Shown here one piece after another: positions 1 to 13,275 of a stretch of DNA of 64,000 nucleotides; the first letter of the stretch is position 1; every line of letters starts with the position of its first letter. The translations under genes and the position numbers were made by a program. A model generated the notes under the pieces. It was not told the DNA's origin and did not search any database. It saw only the letters and a program-made list of their open reading frames with translations. This stretch comes from Chlorokybus atmophyticus (lineage: Eukaryota; Plantae; Mesostigma and Chlorokybus algae), in assembly GCA_009103225.1 (NCBI GenBank), contig RHPI01001037.1, forward strand, positions 791,537 to 855,536, in the 5' to 3' direction.

Positions 1-67
1 CGTGCCTGCAATTATGCCACAAAGCATGCGACACTTGTTTGTTTGAGTTGAGGCTGGAAATAGTGGT

Positions 68-1120
68 TCAGTATTTGACATATATGTAGTGCAAACGAAA
101 CCTGCTGACTGCGCTGGCGAACTTGGCAACACAAAGCAGATAAGCAGTATGACGGCTAAAGTAAGCAGCTCCATCATGCGTGCATGGCGCAGCAGGCACA
201 AAGCAGGTACAGCTTCGGTCAGCCGCTGTTTGCAAAGGCTTACAAGCAGCCCAGAAGCACCTTAGCAAGCTAATCTTTAGGCAAACAGCTGTTGTGGGTT
301 GCTCAGGCACCACCAGCTGGCAACAAAGCAATTGATGCTGAGAAGCTACTGTCCAGCGGCTGTGACGCCGGTAGCCTCGGACAGAGCCTCGGACTGCACG
401 AACGGGCACAGGCATATGCCGCAGCATTGCGTACGTTACATTGCTTGCAATGCGCTTGCAGCAGCAACAAGTGGAATTTTCAGCTACCGAGCTTAGCCAC
501 TTGCACATGCTTACCTCGCCCACGCAGGCCTAGCTCAACATTGCTGCACAGACAAATCACATCAATGCGCGACGCTCAGCAAGCATGCGCACTGCGGCGC
601 AGCGCAGTCAGAGCTCAGTGCGACGCTCTGCTCCAAGCGTTGCATGCAATTGCGCTTTTTGCCACTGCATTATGAGCCGTCCGATGCACGTACTTTTGGA
701 CGGCTTGCGTTCGGACGGCATGGATCTGCCAGATAGCCGGCAACGCCCAGCGCCACGCTGGCACAGTGATTTCTGGCAGAAGTGCCGCCAGCGTAATCTG
801 ACAACGAGAATCACGCAATACCACGGCATAATCACGTTCTAGTTATGCATAATGCACGCTCTCCGCCGCTGGTCAGCGTGACGCGGTTGAGATACGGCTG
901 GCCAGTAGCCTACTGGCAGTAGGCCATTCTTGCACACTGCTTCAGTGACGGTGCTTGTTTGCCACCAACAGGCGTGGCTTCAGGCCAACAACCGTCGCCG
1001 CCGTCGCCTCCGCCTTCGCCGTGGAAGTTGCCATCGCAGCCGTAGGGCGGATCCACTGCATGTGGCCGAACCAGACCTGCTTACCTTTGCCAGGCGTAGC
1101 TACTCGGTTGCTGACTGCTT
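68..1120 (-). CDS. Unassigned multi-exon gene candidate, divergent from the ABC transporter
   Basis: Several consensus minus-strand splice sites (donors gtaagc near 1064 and 512, gtacgt near 690; acceptors gtgcag near 542 and 392) delimit short open exons (e.g. NVELGLRGR). No family recognised and exon phasing is not fully resolved. Confidence 0.3.
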
Positions 1121-1228
1121 TGCAGACAATTGCTGAGACAGAGCAGGATAGCAGTGTGATTATCGAGGCGAGATCCTGGGCTGGGCTGGGCAGGAGTTTA
1201 TTGTGAAATTGGCCCAATTGCGTGCGCG

Positions 1229-4200
1229 ATGGCAAGTGGGCGCAAGAGGCTGCTCGTGCGCACGGCCGCAGCTTCCGCGCTGCAGCTGGTAGCTACGGCC
1301 ATTTGGTTCCTCGGGTCTGTATGCGGCTGGAGGTTGGACCGGGTTTGGCCGCAGCTGGAGTGGCAGTTTGAGGGTTATAGTTTCAGGTAAGCCACCATTG
1401 GTGTCATCTCCGTCGGCTGCGTGGAGCACACCGTCGCAGATTCCACACATGTTTGTTTTTATCAAAGCTTGTTGCTCGTAGTAGCTTTCTTGTAGTCACA
1501 TGCAAAAGTGCAGTAGAACACAGTTGCTTCTTTCTGCTATGTGATATCTCACGTAAGGTTGAGTCAGACAGAAATGCAGTGCCTGCTTTGTGTGTGAATT
1601 GTTTAGCAGCTTTGTTCGAGAAGTTGAGAGTTGCAAAGCACGGTTTGAACAGCTGCATAGGCATTTTCATTTCTCCAGGTTGAGCACAACAATCTGGCAC
1701 GTCAGCTGGGGATCCGGATGACATGCACAAACAGTTACATCAGTGCATGACGTTGCAGGTCAGAGTGGTGACGTGCGGAACTTGCCTAGTCTTATGTTTC
1801 TCCCAATGTACTTGTCAGTCTGCATGCGTTGTACCTGCACATGCGTGTTACAGCAGGGTTGTATGCTTGTATGTTCCTACTGTACATACATGTGGTTACA
1901 TGGACGATTAACCGGGTGCGTTGTCAGTATGCTAGCATTTCAAACAGGTGGTTGAACCGCTAGCATAATTACATTGAGACGCATCGCTTCAGCTTCAAAT
2001 CTCGCTATCACTTGCATAGACATGCTACCTGCGTGTATGTAAGCGCCAGTACTAGTGTATGTGGTTATTTGCACTGGACTGGATATGCATGTGATAAGAT
2101 TAGCTGGCTTTCTGACATACATAGTTGAGGTATTCCTTAGCAGCTTGTCATCATCTTCACGACAAAGTTTGGATGGTGTGCACGCATACCATATGAACGT
2201 GTGTCATGAAGGCAGATTGTTTGCAAGCTGCATATGGTCGTGCACACAGCAGTACATGGTCTATTGACTGATATGAAACTACTTGCGTGTGTTGGTTCAG
2301 AACATCCACAGCAGATTTCTTGTTGGCTTCGGTGCTGACATCACTGGGAGCCGTAGCAGCTGCGGCCACCTCACCAAGCGCGGAGATCGCTTATGTAACA
2401 GTAGTCGCCTTGCCGTTGTTATTTCTCGGTTTTAGTGTAGCGAAGCTGGTGGCGTTCTTGATTGGGCCGCATAACCCCGCGTCTATTTCTCTAGCGGCAT
2501 TGTTGTCAACGATAGCACTCATCCAGCTGGGCTGGGCTGCGTCCACTGTAAGGCGTTTGCAACGCCGGCAGCGCTCCGAGCTGGAGGAACCATTGCTCGG
2601 TGAAAACCGGCCCACAAAGAAGATTGTGTCAGCTCTTCGCCTGTTGCAGCTGTGCAAGCCGGATGCATGTATGTTGGCGATCGCGTTTGTGTTCTTGACA
2701 TTGGCAGCGTGCTTTGAAGTGGCAATTCCCAACGCGGTGGCGCGTTTGTTGACTGTGATTGTCATCAAACCCGAGCACGACAAATTTAAGTTGTACACGG
2801 CAGTTCTTGCGGCTTTGTCAGTAGGAGCTGCTTTTGCTTCAGCAGTGCGTGGTATTCTTATGAGCATTGTGAACTACAGGTATATTGCCTGCTTCCAAAC
2901 GCTTCGCAATCTCATGTGGTACTGTATGTCACCAATGACATTCGTTGCGTGGAGCAGGTTATTGGCTAGACTGCGTCAGTCACTATTCGATGCAATTATC
3001 AGCAAGGTACGAGTGTTTCCCCATGCATCAAACTTAGTATTGGGCACAGTCTGGGCTTTGCATCTCATGTTGTTGCGGTTGTTGCAGGAGATTGCCATGT
3101 TTGACAACCGCGGCACGGGCGAACTGTCGTCGCGTTTGAACGCTGATACAATCACCATGGGCTCAGCTATCACACTCAACATTAACATCCTGCTCAGGTG
3201 CCATGTTGTCATTGTAGTAGGGCCTCCTGCTGTCAGATGATGGCTCACGCTGACTGCTATTATGACACAACAGGAACTCAATCCAAGCTATTGGCGGCAT
3301 GGCGTACTTGATCTACTTGTCGCCACTGCTGTCCCTGATCATTACAAGTGCCATTCTGGTCTTTTTCGCCACTGTTGCTACGTATGCGCGGTTTGTCAAG
3401 CGCTACCAGGCTGCAATTCAGGACGCAATTGCAGATGGAAACAAGGTGGCAGAAGAGACGTTCTCCCTCATCCGCGTTGTGCGAGCGTTCTCATCTGAAG
3501 AGTGGGAGAAGTCCAGGTTTCATGTGTACATACTAAGTAAGTTTCGTTGGTTGGTGTACTTGCTTGCAACGTGATGGTTCAGTCCTTGTAAAGATGCTGC
3601 TTGGTTGTTCTTCCACCGTTGTTCACAATACTCTGTTTGCAGAGGGTTTGATGCTGGGCTACAAGCAAGCTTACGCATACGGCCTTTACGCGTGCATTGT
3701 GTTGAGCATCACCAATCTGGCAATTACTCTGCTCCTACTTGTTGGCGGCACATTTGTTTACAACGGGAAGATGAGCGGTGCGACATTGACCACGTACATG
3801 TTCTATGCCCAGTACATATCCGACCGCATTAGCGGTCTTGGGGAACAGGTTGCGGCCATTGCGCGCGCTTTGGGCGCAAGCGACAAAGTGTTTGAGCTGA
3901 TGGACGGTCCCCCCTGTGAAGCAGTGGTTACTAGAGGCCTTGAACCCAAGGAGAAACCTGTTGGCGAGATCACCTTTGACAACGTGTGCTTTTTTTACCC
4001 CACACGCCCAACAATACAAGTGCTGTCCGGCCTTTCGTTTACCATTAATAAGGGAGAGACTGTTGCGCTCGTGGGCCCTTCAGGCGGCGGCAAGAGCACC
4101 ATCACGCATCTTTGTCTTCGGCATTATGAGCCGACTGGCGGACGGATACTGTTTGATGGCCATGAGCTACGCAAGCTTGACTTGCAGTGGCTTCATCGGC

Positions 4201-5105
4201 AGACAGCGGTGGTGTCACAAGAGCCCTTGTTGTTTTCTGTTGACATAAAAAGTAATATTGCGTACGGGATGCCAAGTGCAAGCATGGCTGACATTGAGGC
4301 AGCTGCGAGGTTGGCAAACGCTCACGAGTTTATTGAGAAGTTGCCCAACAAGTATGACACGCTTGTTGGCGAGAAGGGTGTCGCATTGAGCGGTGGTCAG
4401 AAACAGCGGCTGGTAAGATTAAGGGATGGATGAATGGGTTTGTTGCACTTGATTTTGCTGGAGTAGTGTTTGCACGACAATACCTGTGAGCGTGTGCACA
4501 CACCCGTCTGCTGTGATAGAGGACCATGCAAGCATCAATTAGAGTGTCCTGTTTGTACATTGTTTGTTACTCTTACAGCCAACTTGTGCCTATCTGATAT
4601 GCCGGTGTTACGCTGGTTGTCAGGCCATTAGCAGAGCCATATTGCGAAAACCGGCACTGCTGTTGCTTGATGAGGCGACATCTGCACTGGACGCTGAGAA
4701 TGAAGCACTTGTGCAAGAAGCACTCGAGCGCGCATCTGCCTCGCGCAGCGTGCTCGTGATTGCGCACAGACTGAGGTACGAACATTGGCAGTTGTGCGGC
4801 AGCTGCTACTGCTACTGCTACAAAGTCTTGGGTGACGCGCAATGCGCAAAGCATTGCGTGTCAGCAATTTTTACTTACTCTATGACTATCGTATGCGCAG
4901 CACAATCGCTAACGCGGATAAGATTTTGGTTATATCCAAAGGCAGGGTTGCTGAAAGCGGCACGCACTCTGAGCTGTTTGCGCGCGGTGGTATTTACAGC
5001 TCGCTTGTACATCGCCAGATGCATGATTCTTCACATCAAGACCTGAGAACTCTGGATGCAAACCCGGAGGCTGCTCGAAAACTTGATGATGTGTTCATTC
5101 AATAG
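1229..5105 (+). CDS. ABCB half-size transporter (TAP/ABCB9/plant ABCB26-27-like) with N-terminal extra membrane domain
   Basis: First exon 1229-1386 ([29 protein letters not shown], then gtaagc). TMD exons contain [13 protein letters not shown] and [16 protein letters not shown] has Walker [11 protein letters not shown]-loop VSQEP, signature LSGGQKQR, Walker [13 protein letters not shown] and H-loop IAHRL. Stop at 5103-5105. Confidence 0.93.
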
Positions 5106-5650
5106 TACATATGTAGTTAGCTAACTGCTGTTGTTGCGCCTGATTAATGGCCACAGTCCTCTCCATAAAGATTTAGATTTGTGCGTGGCCAGAAGTGTGC
5201 GCGTGTGAGTGGGTGTTTGAGGGTTGAGTATGACTGTTGAAGGGGGCAGAAGAAGTGATGCCTATCTGACGAGAGACAAGTATGTGATGCGGAAAATACT
5301 ACTCTTCTGGCACAGTAAAATGTCAGTGGCAACAACCGTTGTGGGCACCTTTGAAGATATGCTGCTGTCGAAGGTTGCCTTGAGTGTCTTTATGATTGGG
5401 CGTGAAAGTTACCAATTGTGTAGAGTAATTGCTTGGAATCCAGTGCGTGGCAAGGTGTCCCCTAGTGCAAGTGATGGAAGTGTTGTCATAGCTAAACGCT
5501 AGCTGTTGCTGATTGAACCAGAGGTGGTGCAGCAGTTACCACAACACGCGCACAATAGTAAGCTTGTCAAGAGCTGTTATAGCTAACCATCAATAAATCA
5601 GTATACACTAGTCCACCATACTTAATGCTTGACCCAACATGCCAATGCCA

Positions 5651-7932
5651 TCAAGCTGTGACAGTGTGTGATGCGCTGAGTCCGACACCTGCGTGTCGTA
5701 ATCTCTGCACACAGTGCGCATGCAAACTTCGTTCCTGCACCTGCCGCACCATTCAATAAATTAACGGTTTGCTTAGGCACATTTATGTCCTCTACAACTC
5801 TTACCTCCAGAGCATGGGCCTTCTGCAACAAGTCGCTGCACCTCTGCAGCAAAGTCTGCTCCTTCTGGACAATCACTAATAGACACATTGCAGACTTGTC
5901 TATCACCAGTGCCTGCCATGTGTGGGTAAGCCAAATGGAAAACGAATCTCAACACTCATGTAAAACAGCTTCAAGCCATGATGCAGCTGCGCACCTGGGG
6001 CAGTATCGCATCAGTCTCTGCTACATATCGGTTGATTTCTTGCTCACAATCTGTAAATACACTGGCCAGCTCCGTCGTTTCAACCTGGCCGATGATGCTC
6101 TTAGCACGCATGAACCAACAGTTGACAAGCACAGACATGAGCGCAGGTACTACCTTTGCGCAGTTGCCCAATGGTATGCGAAGGAGTGCTGCTTGCAGTG
6201 CCTCAACAATGCTGTTGAAAGCAGCTGTATGCAGCTGGGCGTCTCGCCGCCAGAGCTCCAAGTAAGGTTGCTGCAACATGCAATTACCTTCAGCAACTTG
6301 AGTCAGCTGAGTCACACATGCGCTCATGCTGGCGCTTGGTTGCATGAGCCCAGCGTTGCATGGGACGGGCAGCAATGGTCACCAATGCACGATGCCACAT
6401 TACCTGCGACAACAGGATCTGCCTCAGGGCCTGAGTCCGCTGGCTGTCCTGAACTTGCAAGGCCAGCTCAACCACATGCTCCCGTAATTGCATCGTGGCG
6501 GCTGTCACGCCCATCACTTGGTCCTGCATCGAGCAAGCAAGGTCACAACTTATTCACTACTCGTCAACACCACTCAACACAGAGTGGTAACGTTGGTGAC
6601 ATTGTGGTGCTTGCGCAAAGTTTGAAACAGTACCTGAGCTGAGCTCTGCTGTGTCGCATGTGCCGCGGCAGCACGGTGATTGACAACCTCCCATTGTAGC
6701 AGCCGGTTCTGCGCCATTTGCAAGTCTCGTGCGATGTCAGCCTTTGATTGCTGTGTCTTGCCTTCTAGATGCTGCTTGTTGACTGCAGCGGACTCCCTGT
6801 GTCTTGCGTCTGGTGTGGCAGTCATGCCTGAGACTGGGGTCCCTGCAGGACTCGCGGATGCCAGCTGGCTGGCATTTGATGGTCTCACTGGCCTTACAGG
6901 CTGCACCTGTAATGGTGTCAAGGTCGCACGCTTGTCGGCAACAGCCGCTGAGCTCTTTAACGTCTTGTTGCCAGCTGGTTGTAGTACATCAATCGACTTG
7001 TGTATCCTTGTGTCCCGTTTGCTCGCGGAGGACACGGATGCCGGCACGGCAAACTGCCCCTTGTTGTTAGCTCGCGCCTGCGGTGTGCTGATCCCCGAGT
7101 GCGTCGGGAGCGCAGAACGCTGTGGTGCTTTTGCTTGTGGTTTGGGTTCGGACGACCCGTGCGTGTTCAACACCTCAAGAAACCGCGACTTCACCTGCCG
7201 CGCTGCAAGCAACAAGTTCACCGCACATATTCAGCGCGCACGTGAACCACAACCACGCAACACCGCCCTCGCACATGATAGTGTTCTTATATACGACCAG
7301 CAACACCATGGCATTGCATAGGCGCACTACAGACTTGGCTACTACTGCACGCAATGATTTCAGGATGTTGTCACATTTTGAGATCTGTGCTGTAGCAAGC
7401 AACTGTCACCGCTCAAAACTGCGAATGCATTGACGGCAACTTGACGCAGCTAGTCAACGTGCAAAGGCTGTGATGAGTTCCCCAGCATCGTGCAAGACGC
7501 AGTCCCACCAAACTGTTGAGGTTACTTTTCCGCAATAACATTGTCGGCGGCAATTTGTCGCTTACGTGCCCGTTTCTTGTTGTTGCGGTCTGAAGGCCCC
7601 GGCAGCTGCAGCTCGGAGGCGCTGGACAGCCGCTCTTCAGCCAAAACCGACCCGCCAGTGTCCACCTCAACCTCGCCCTCAAACCTATCAACCATCGCCG
7701 TAGACGCCATGCTTTCTCGCCCAGAGGACAGCGGCCCGTCATCGCTGGTAGCTGTACACTCCGCTGCAGCCGCGATTGTTGTTGTCGTGGTGGTCGTGGT
7801 CGTCGTCGTCGTCGTCGTGGCGCTACTTGCGTCTTCTGACGGCGCCGAGCTCAGCCCTTCCCCGCCTTCGTCTACCCTGGCCTGGTTCTCCTCGACCATG
7901 CCGCCTCCCCCGCCGACCACAGGCGCAGCCAT
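5651..7932 (-). CDS. AUGMIN subunit 8 / QWRF-family microtubule-associated protein
   Basis: Low-complexity S/T/P/K N-terminus, then NRLLQWEVVNHRA (QWRF motif variant), FNSIVEALQAALLRIPL, VQKEQTLLQRCSDLLQKAHALE and spliced terminal exon VQERSLHAHCVQ, matching the QWRF domain layout. Confidence 0.82.
7776..7819 (+). repeat. (GTC/GTG/GTT)n trinucleotide tract encoding poly-Thr in the AUG8-like N-terminus
   Basis: Direct reading of the sequence; the minus-strand translation gives 14 consecutive Thr. Confidence 0.9.
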
Positions 7933-7952
7933 GCCTGCGCAATGATGAGCAG

Positions 7953-7961
7953 AAACCCTAA
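7953..7961 (+). promoter_or_regulatory. Telo-box AAACCCTAA
   Basis: Exact match between the divergent AUG8-like (ATG 7932) and DUF1294-A (ATG 8392) starts. Confidence 0.6.
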
Positions 7962-8391
7962 CTGGTTCGAACATTCAAACTAGCCCACTCAGTTCTGGCG
8001 GGAATGCTCAGCACACTGCCAACAGCGGCGGCGGCAGCGGCGGCGGAGGAGGCGGAGGAGGCCGCGGCGGAGGGAGAGAGGGGGCATCACGGCTATGCGT
8101 GCGAGAGAGATCTGTATACTTGTTTGCTCGTAACAACACTGAAGGAGAGTTTGTCTATGACTAGTTTAGACAGACCGATGCGCGGGCTGAGGAGTTGCCT
8201 GAGCTGAACTCGACTGAGCTTGGCTTATCCTGAATATACTAGCGGTTTGTGTGCATGTGACGACCATATACTATGGAATGTTCCTTTGTTAGTGTGGAGG
8301 AGACTTGAAGGGAACGCGCAGTCAGGGCCTGAGTGATTGATTGTTAACCCAAAGCTGTCGCGACCTGACCTACTGCGCCGCTACGGGCGCC

Positions 8392-9526
8392 ATGCTACGA
8401 CTCCTGGCTTACCTGCTGTTTGTCAATGCCGTGTCCGGCTGCGTCATGTGCCTCGACAAGGAGTTGTCGCAGATGCCCGGCTGGCAGCGCGTGCCTGAGA
8501 GCTTTCTCTGCATACTGGCGGCGCTTGGCGGCTGGCCAGCTGGCATGTAAGTGTTTCGGTCTGCAAAGCTATGTGTGCGAGCATGCAACTGCTCCCTTCA
8601 GAGATAGCAAGAATTCCAAACTCTTGCTATCTCTCAAGGGAAGCTGACGTTTGTGAGTTGCACATCATGACAAATCTAACATGTCACGTGCGACAACAAT
8701 GTTGCCAAGTAATTTCGGCAACTCTTCATCACGGTGGATAGCCCTCTCAAGTCAAGGATCCATGTTTGTGTGATCGTGCCTGAAAAGAAACAGAAACTGG
8801 CGAAACATTCCGCATAACAAGCAACAACCCTTGAGCACAACCCACGCCAGTTGTTGGTCATCGTATCTGGTATAGTTACAGCCCATACATACTTAAGTTG
8901 TAAAGTGCCAGCCATGCAGCTTCAAACTGCAATGCACAAGTGTCTCGCTATCACATTCCACTGACGGGTTCCACAGGTACATGATGGTGTTCTGCAGGCA
9001 CAAGACACAAAAGTCGAGTTTTCAACTGGTAAGCACATTGCAAACAATTGTAAAAATTGGTACTCCTGCGTGCTGCTGCCGTAATACACAGCACATGTAT
9101 ATTGTCCTATTTTATGACGCGTCTTGAGGTTGGTATGCGAAACAATCCATTGCAACCTTGTGTGCACCATGACTGCACTGAACAAGTCTCACAGCTTACG
9201 CTGCTATGTGTATTGCATGGGTGGGTGCGTGCGTGCAGAAGTACTTTTTGGCAGTTGCTGTCAACATTGCTCCATGGCTTGCTGCCACCTACTTGGCTAC
9301 CCGCAGTGCGAGCACAAGCTTTGTCCTCAAGTTATTTGTTGTAGACGCAGCATTGCTGGGTTGCTATGCGCTGCTGCGGCACAGGATTATGTCACCAGCA
9401 CACCATGCAAGGGCAGTTCGCACAGCACCGCCAGCCAAGGGGTATTCGCGCGTAAAACCAGTCAGAACTGTTTATGAAGGACAACCAAGAGCGAAGATAG
9501 TGATATCACGTCAACATTGCACTTAA
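8392..9526 (+). CDS. DUF1294 (YsdA-like) small membrane protein, copy A
   Basis: Three exons: MLRLLAYLLFVNAVSGCVMCLDKELSQMPGWQRVPESFLCILAALGGWPAGM / YMMVFCRHKTQKSSFQL / KYFLAVAVNIAPW...; carries the DK...RVPE...GGW.G...RHKT.K signature of DUF1294. Confidence 0.85.
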
Positions 9527-9764
9527 ACCCTCTGCCTGACTGTGTGGTGTGCATGAGACCTTGGGTTTACATGGGAATGTGTGTGTGCGTGCGCACAATG
9601 CTGTGTGCGCGTGACTGGGCATGCGTGTCCACATGTGTGTGCACGCTATCATACATGCGACGTTCCGTGCTGTCAGTGCAGGTGCTTGTGTTAAGCACAT
9701 TTGGTGTTGGTTGGGGGCGGTCTCGGAAGATTGGTGTATCATGCATGGGTATGTCGATAAGTCA

Positions 9765-10110
9765 CAGGTAGGTTGTGGCATGAGCTGGTGGCTACTTTGG
9801 CTACGATGTGAAACCAACTACAATTATCTGCTTGTTCCTATGCTGCCTGCCTTTGGTTAAGACGTATGTAAAAAAAGCCTCAACATAAACATAAAGCGAT
9901 GGTTGTGATTTGGTCAAAAAACCATGAGTTAGCCACCATCATGACAGGTAGGAGTTGTCGCATGAGCTGGTGGCCTGCTGGCCCAAAGCCTTGTGCAAAC
10001 AAAACATATTTGCTCGGTGGCATGCTGCCTCTGGTGAGGGTGTGCTTGGGTAAGAGCCTCAACATACGCCTGAAGTGATGGGATCGATGTAAAAAATTCC
10101 ATGAGTCCCA
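9765..10110. repeat. Degenerate ~180 bp tandem duplication between convergent 3' ends
   Basis: Paired segments: gcatgagctggtggc (~9778 and ~9960), gcctcaacata (~9877 and ~10055), aaaa..ccatgagt (~9918 and ~10092). Confidence 0.5.
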
Positions 10111-10587
10111 GTGTCTCATGGGTTTCGGACAAGATGACAGTTGCTTCTTGTTGCAGCTATCAATGACCAGCATAAGTTGAAGTCGACACTGTCCAGCATG
10201 CCATCAACACTCATACAGCCTCCAGATGACATGGTTACGTGGCTTGGTGGTGCTATGCATGTATTGTGCAACATGATCTCATGCCATAAACGTTGTGACA
10301 CATTGTGCGTCAGAACACACCGCTAGAAACATCACATCATCAACACCATGTTCACAAAGCATTGCAAACATGCTTGGGGGCACATCATCACGCCTGCGCC
10401 CATTCTCATACAGGTACTGGAAGCTGCTGGCAGTGCAAAGCACAGGCCTATGAACGCAAGCGCAGGGCGGTCAAACAGCGCAACATCTGGCTGTGTATGC
10501 ATTCTGTGACCACAACCCCGGATTGCAAGAGCACAGCCAGCAAGTAGACCAGTGTGCATGCCGCCATCGATGAAGAGTATGTAACCT

Positions 10588-12488
10588 TTATATGTGGTAT
10601 GTGCCAACCCGCAACCATTTGGTGGCCGACCATTTGTTGCCGCGAATGACAGGACAGCCAGCTGCACAGGGAAGGTAAGTGAGTAATGTTAGCTGGTAGC
10701 ATGACCACCATTCACGTGTACGCTTGCACCCATGAGTTGCACTGAACGTAGACACGTATGCAGCACAGACCAGTGTCTGAGCGGATATCCACACCAATAC
10801 CATTGGTTGCGTACCGTGTAGACTGGCAGGGTCCAGTTCGGTGCTCGGTTGCAAGCTCCAGAAGAGCAGCGCGTCCCCTTTCTTGGGCTTTACTGCCAAC
10901 CCGTGGCGAGCGCACCCGCTGAATGCTGCATCGGCTGCGCGTGTGGCATCGTAGCCGGAGGCTGAGGGAAACACCGTCTCCCCGCCTTCTTCAACATCAC
11001 TCCTAAGAGTCAAACGCGGCCGCGTCATAATTAATAGTTGCCGGTATTGTGGATGGCAAAGAGTAGTACAGAGCGGTAAATCATAACGGCGCTTAGACAG
11101 CAGCACAGAGGCGGCTGCCAGTTTACAAGTAAAACGCATGCAACTTACAGGTACATCAAGACTGTGGCAATGCGCTGCCCGCCATTCAACGTGTTGAGTT
11201 GATCATGGAAGTAGTCATAGTGCGCTTCGTATTTCTGGCCTATCTCATAATGAAGCACTTGGAAGCCCTCTCCATGATCTGCAAACAAGTTGCATTGTCC
11301 ATGCAGCTGCCAGCAGTGCGCTATGCCACATCAACCACAACTGCCAGATTGCATCGAACGAAGCAGTAAATTACAGTGATCATAACAGTGGCACCTATTG
11401 GGATGAAGGTGAAGTCTGCAATCTTCTGTTCAATGCGCGCAACAACTTCATCTTGCCCTCGTTTTAGGAACATGCCTGAGCTTGTGCGAATGCTGCCAGA
11501 ACAAGCATACCTCAGCGAGGAGAACCAGATTGCCTAAAACTGACGCATTCAAACTGTCCACGCAAAGACTTACTTGCTGCCGATGCTGCGACCTGTTGCG
11601 TTGTCCACAACAGTTGACTTCTGCATGCTCGGCTCCGCCAGTTGTATTAGATGGTCGCACTCCTCATCTGTCTGCGCGGCAAACAACCATTTGTACTCTG
11701 TCACACAAATCCGCAGCGGTATGTCGCAGAGATGACAGGATTACACTGAATGCAAAAGCACCGGTCTGGCTTTCATGCAACTTTAGTCATTTGCCCCATG
11801 CATGGAGCATCATGCAAGAAGCATTTATAATCTGTGGCAATGTGCCTTGCTTACATTGACCAAGACTTGGCGCCATGCTTGTATGGTAGCCGGCGCCCAT
11901 GCATAGCGTATGTGCATGACAGGTGCCCATGGGCATGCATGGCTTGACGGGAGTAAAAACAAGCGTTGTGTCTGTTCTCACCAGCAGATTGTGGTAGAGG
12001 AAAGCACGCGGCTTCCAGCTGAGCTGCTCGACCCATCGCCTGTTCTCGTCCACCGGGCCTGTGCCCTGCGTGCTTTCAGTTTCCTTCCCTGTTGATTGCT
12101 TCTGCGTCCCGCCTCGCAACAGCGAAGCCGTATGCCTACAAAGAGTAAACTTCAGACTGTCGCACAGGCGCCTCCGTTTGCTGCGGCCTTGCGGCCACTA
12201 ACCAACTGACTTTTTCTATGCTGCACCACAATGCTGTTTACACAAGAAGGTACGCAAAGCAAAGGCAATTGCAACTACTTGTGTAGTATGAGAGAGAGAG
12301 AAAACTAGGCTTGGAGGTTAAGCTCAGGCCAAGCAGGTTGCAAGATTGGGCAAGCCTTTTGACGAGACTTACGATTCGCCTTTCCAGCCGATGAGCTCGT
12401 GGTCTCCACGCGTGGCCGCTGCAGAGGCGGTCGCCACGGACGACAGCGCCCACAAAGCCAGCGCCAGCCACGTCCTCGTCCTCGCCAT
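10588..12488 (-). CDS. P4H: Prolyl 4-hydroxylase (plant/algal 2OG-Fe(II) P4H), secretory pathway
   Basis: Signal-peptide-like MARTRTWLALALWALSSVATASAAA; VEQLSWKPRAFLYHNLL; catalytic HYDYFHD...GGQRIATVLMYL; SDVEEGGETVFP; LFWSL...SLHG; terminal GCPVIRGNKWSATKWLRVGTYHI. Confidence 0.95.
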
Positions 12489-13275
12489 GGGTGACCTCAA
12501 GCCGGTGCCACTCCCATCCACACCCACAAGCTACCAAGCTGCTGCAATGCTACAGAGGCAAACCTCACATGCACAGCTCAACGCAAAGCCACACAATTCC
12601 GCGTGAGCAATTCCTCCGGAGGTGAAAGAGCACGGGGTTGCAAGCTCCGGCCACTTGCCTGCTACCGCACCTCGCCAGCCACACCGCCGCCAACACCGTC
12701 GTCCCCGTCACAACGGTTTCAGCAGCGGTTCAGCGAATTGGATCGCTCTGCATTCAAGTTGGTTCAGTTTTCGGCTCACTCCCCGTTTTAGACGAGTGCA
12801 CAGCGCTGTGCAGAGACGATGCTGCGCTTCGCTGGGCTGCTGCTGCAGGCGGCGGCGGCGGTAGCGGTGGAGAAGGGGGGAGCATAGGCAGTCGCAAAGG
12901 CGCACAGCGCTGCTTTGCTGGAGACAACATTGATTGACTTGTGGGGATTGGACTGCTGAAGCGGTTGACTTAGCCCTGGCAGCTGAGGTAGACACACACG
13001 TGCGGACTGGCAAGCGATTTTTGTTTTGTGAGGATTACTTAGTCAACATTGACACGTAGCATTGTTTCACGACAATCTGCGCTTGCTTTAGACTGGCCAT
13101 TATTATGCTACGCTCCACCCTGCGCTTGATGCCAACGTTTGCTGTCTGTGTAGCGTGCATGAGCGCATAGCAGCTACACGAAGGCTCCAAAGCGTCTGCT
13201 TGCAGACTGAGCTCAATTGATGTAGTGACAGCTGGTCCAAACCGATTGCTGTAAAAGACAGAGAGGTTTCTCACA

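Noticed and set aside
5224-5502. 92-aa ORF between the ABC and AUG8 genes
   Set aside because: Lies in convergent 3' UTR space; no motifs or splice support.
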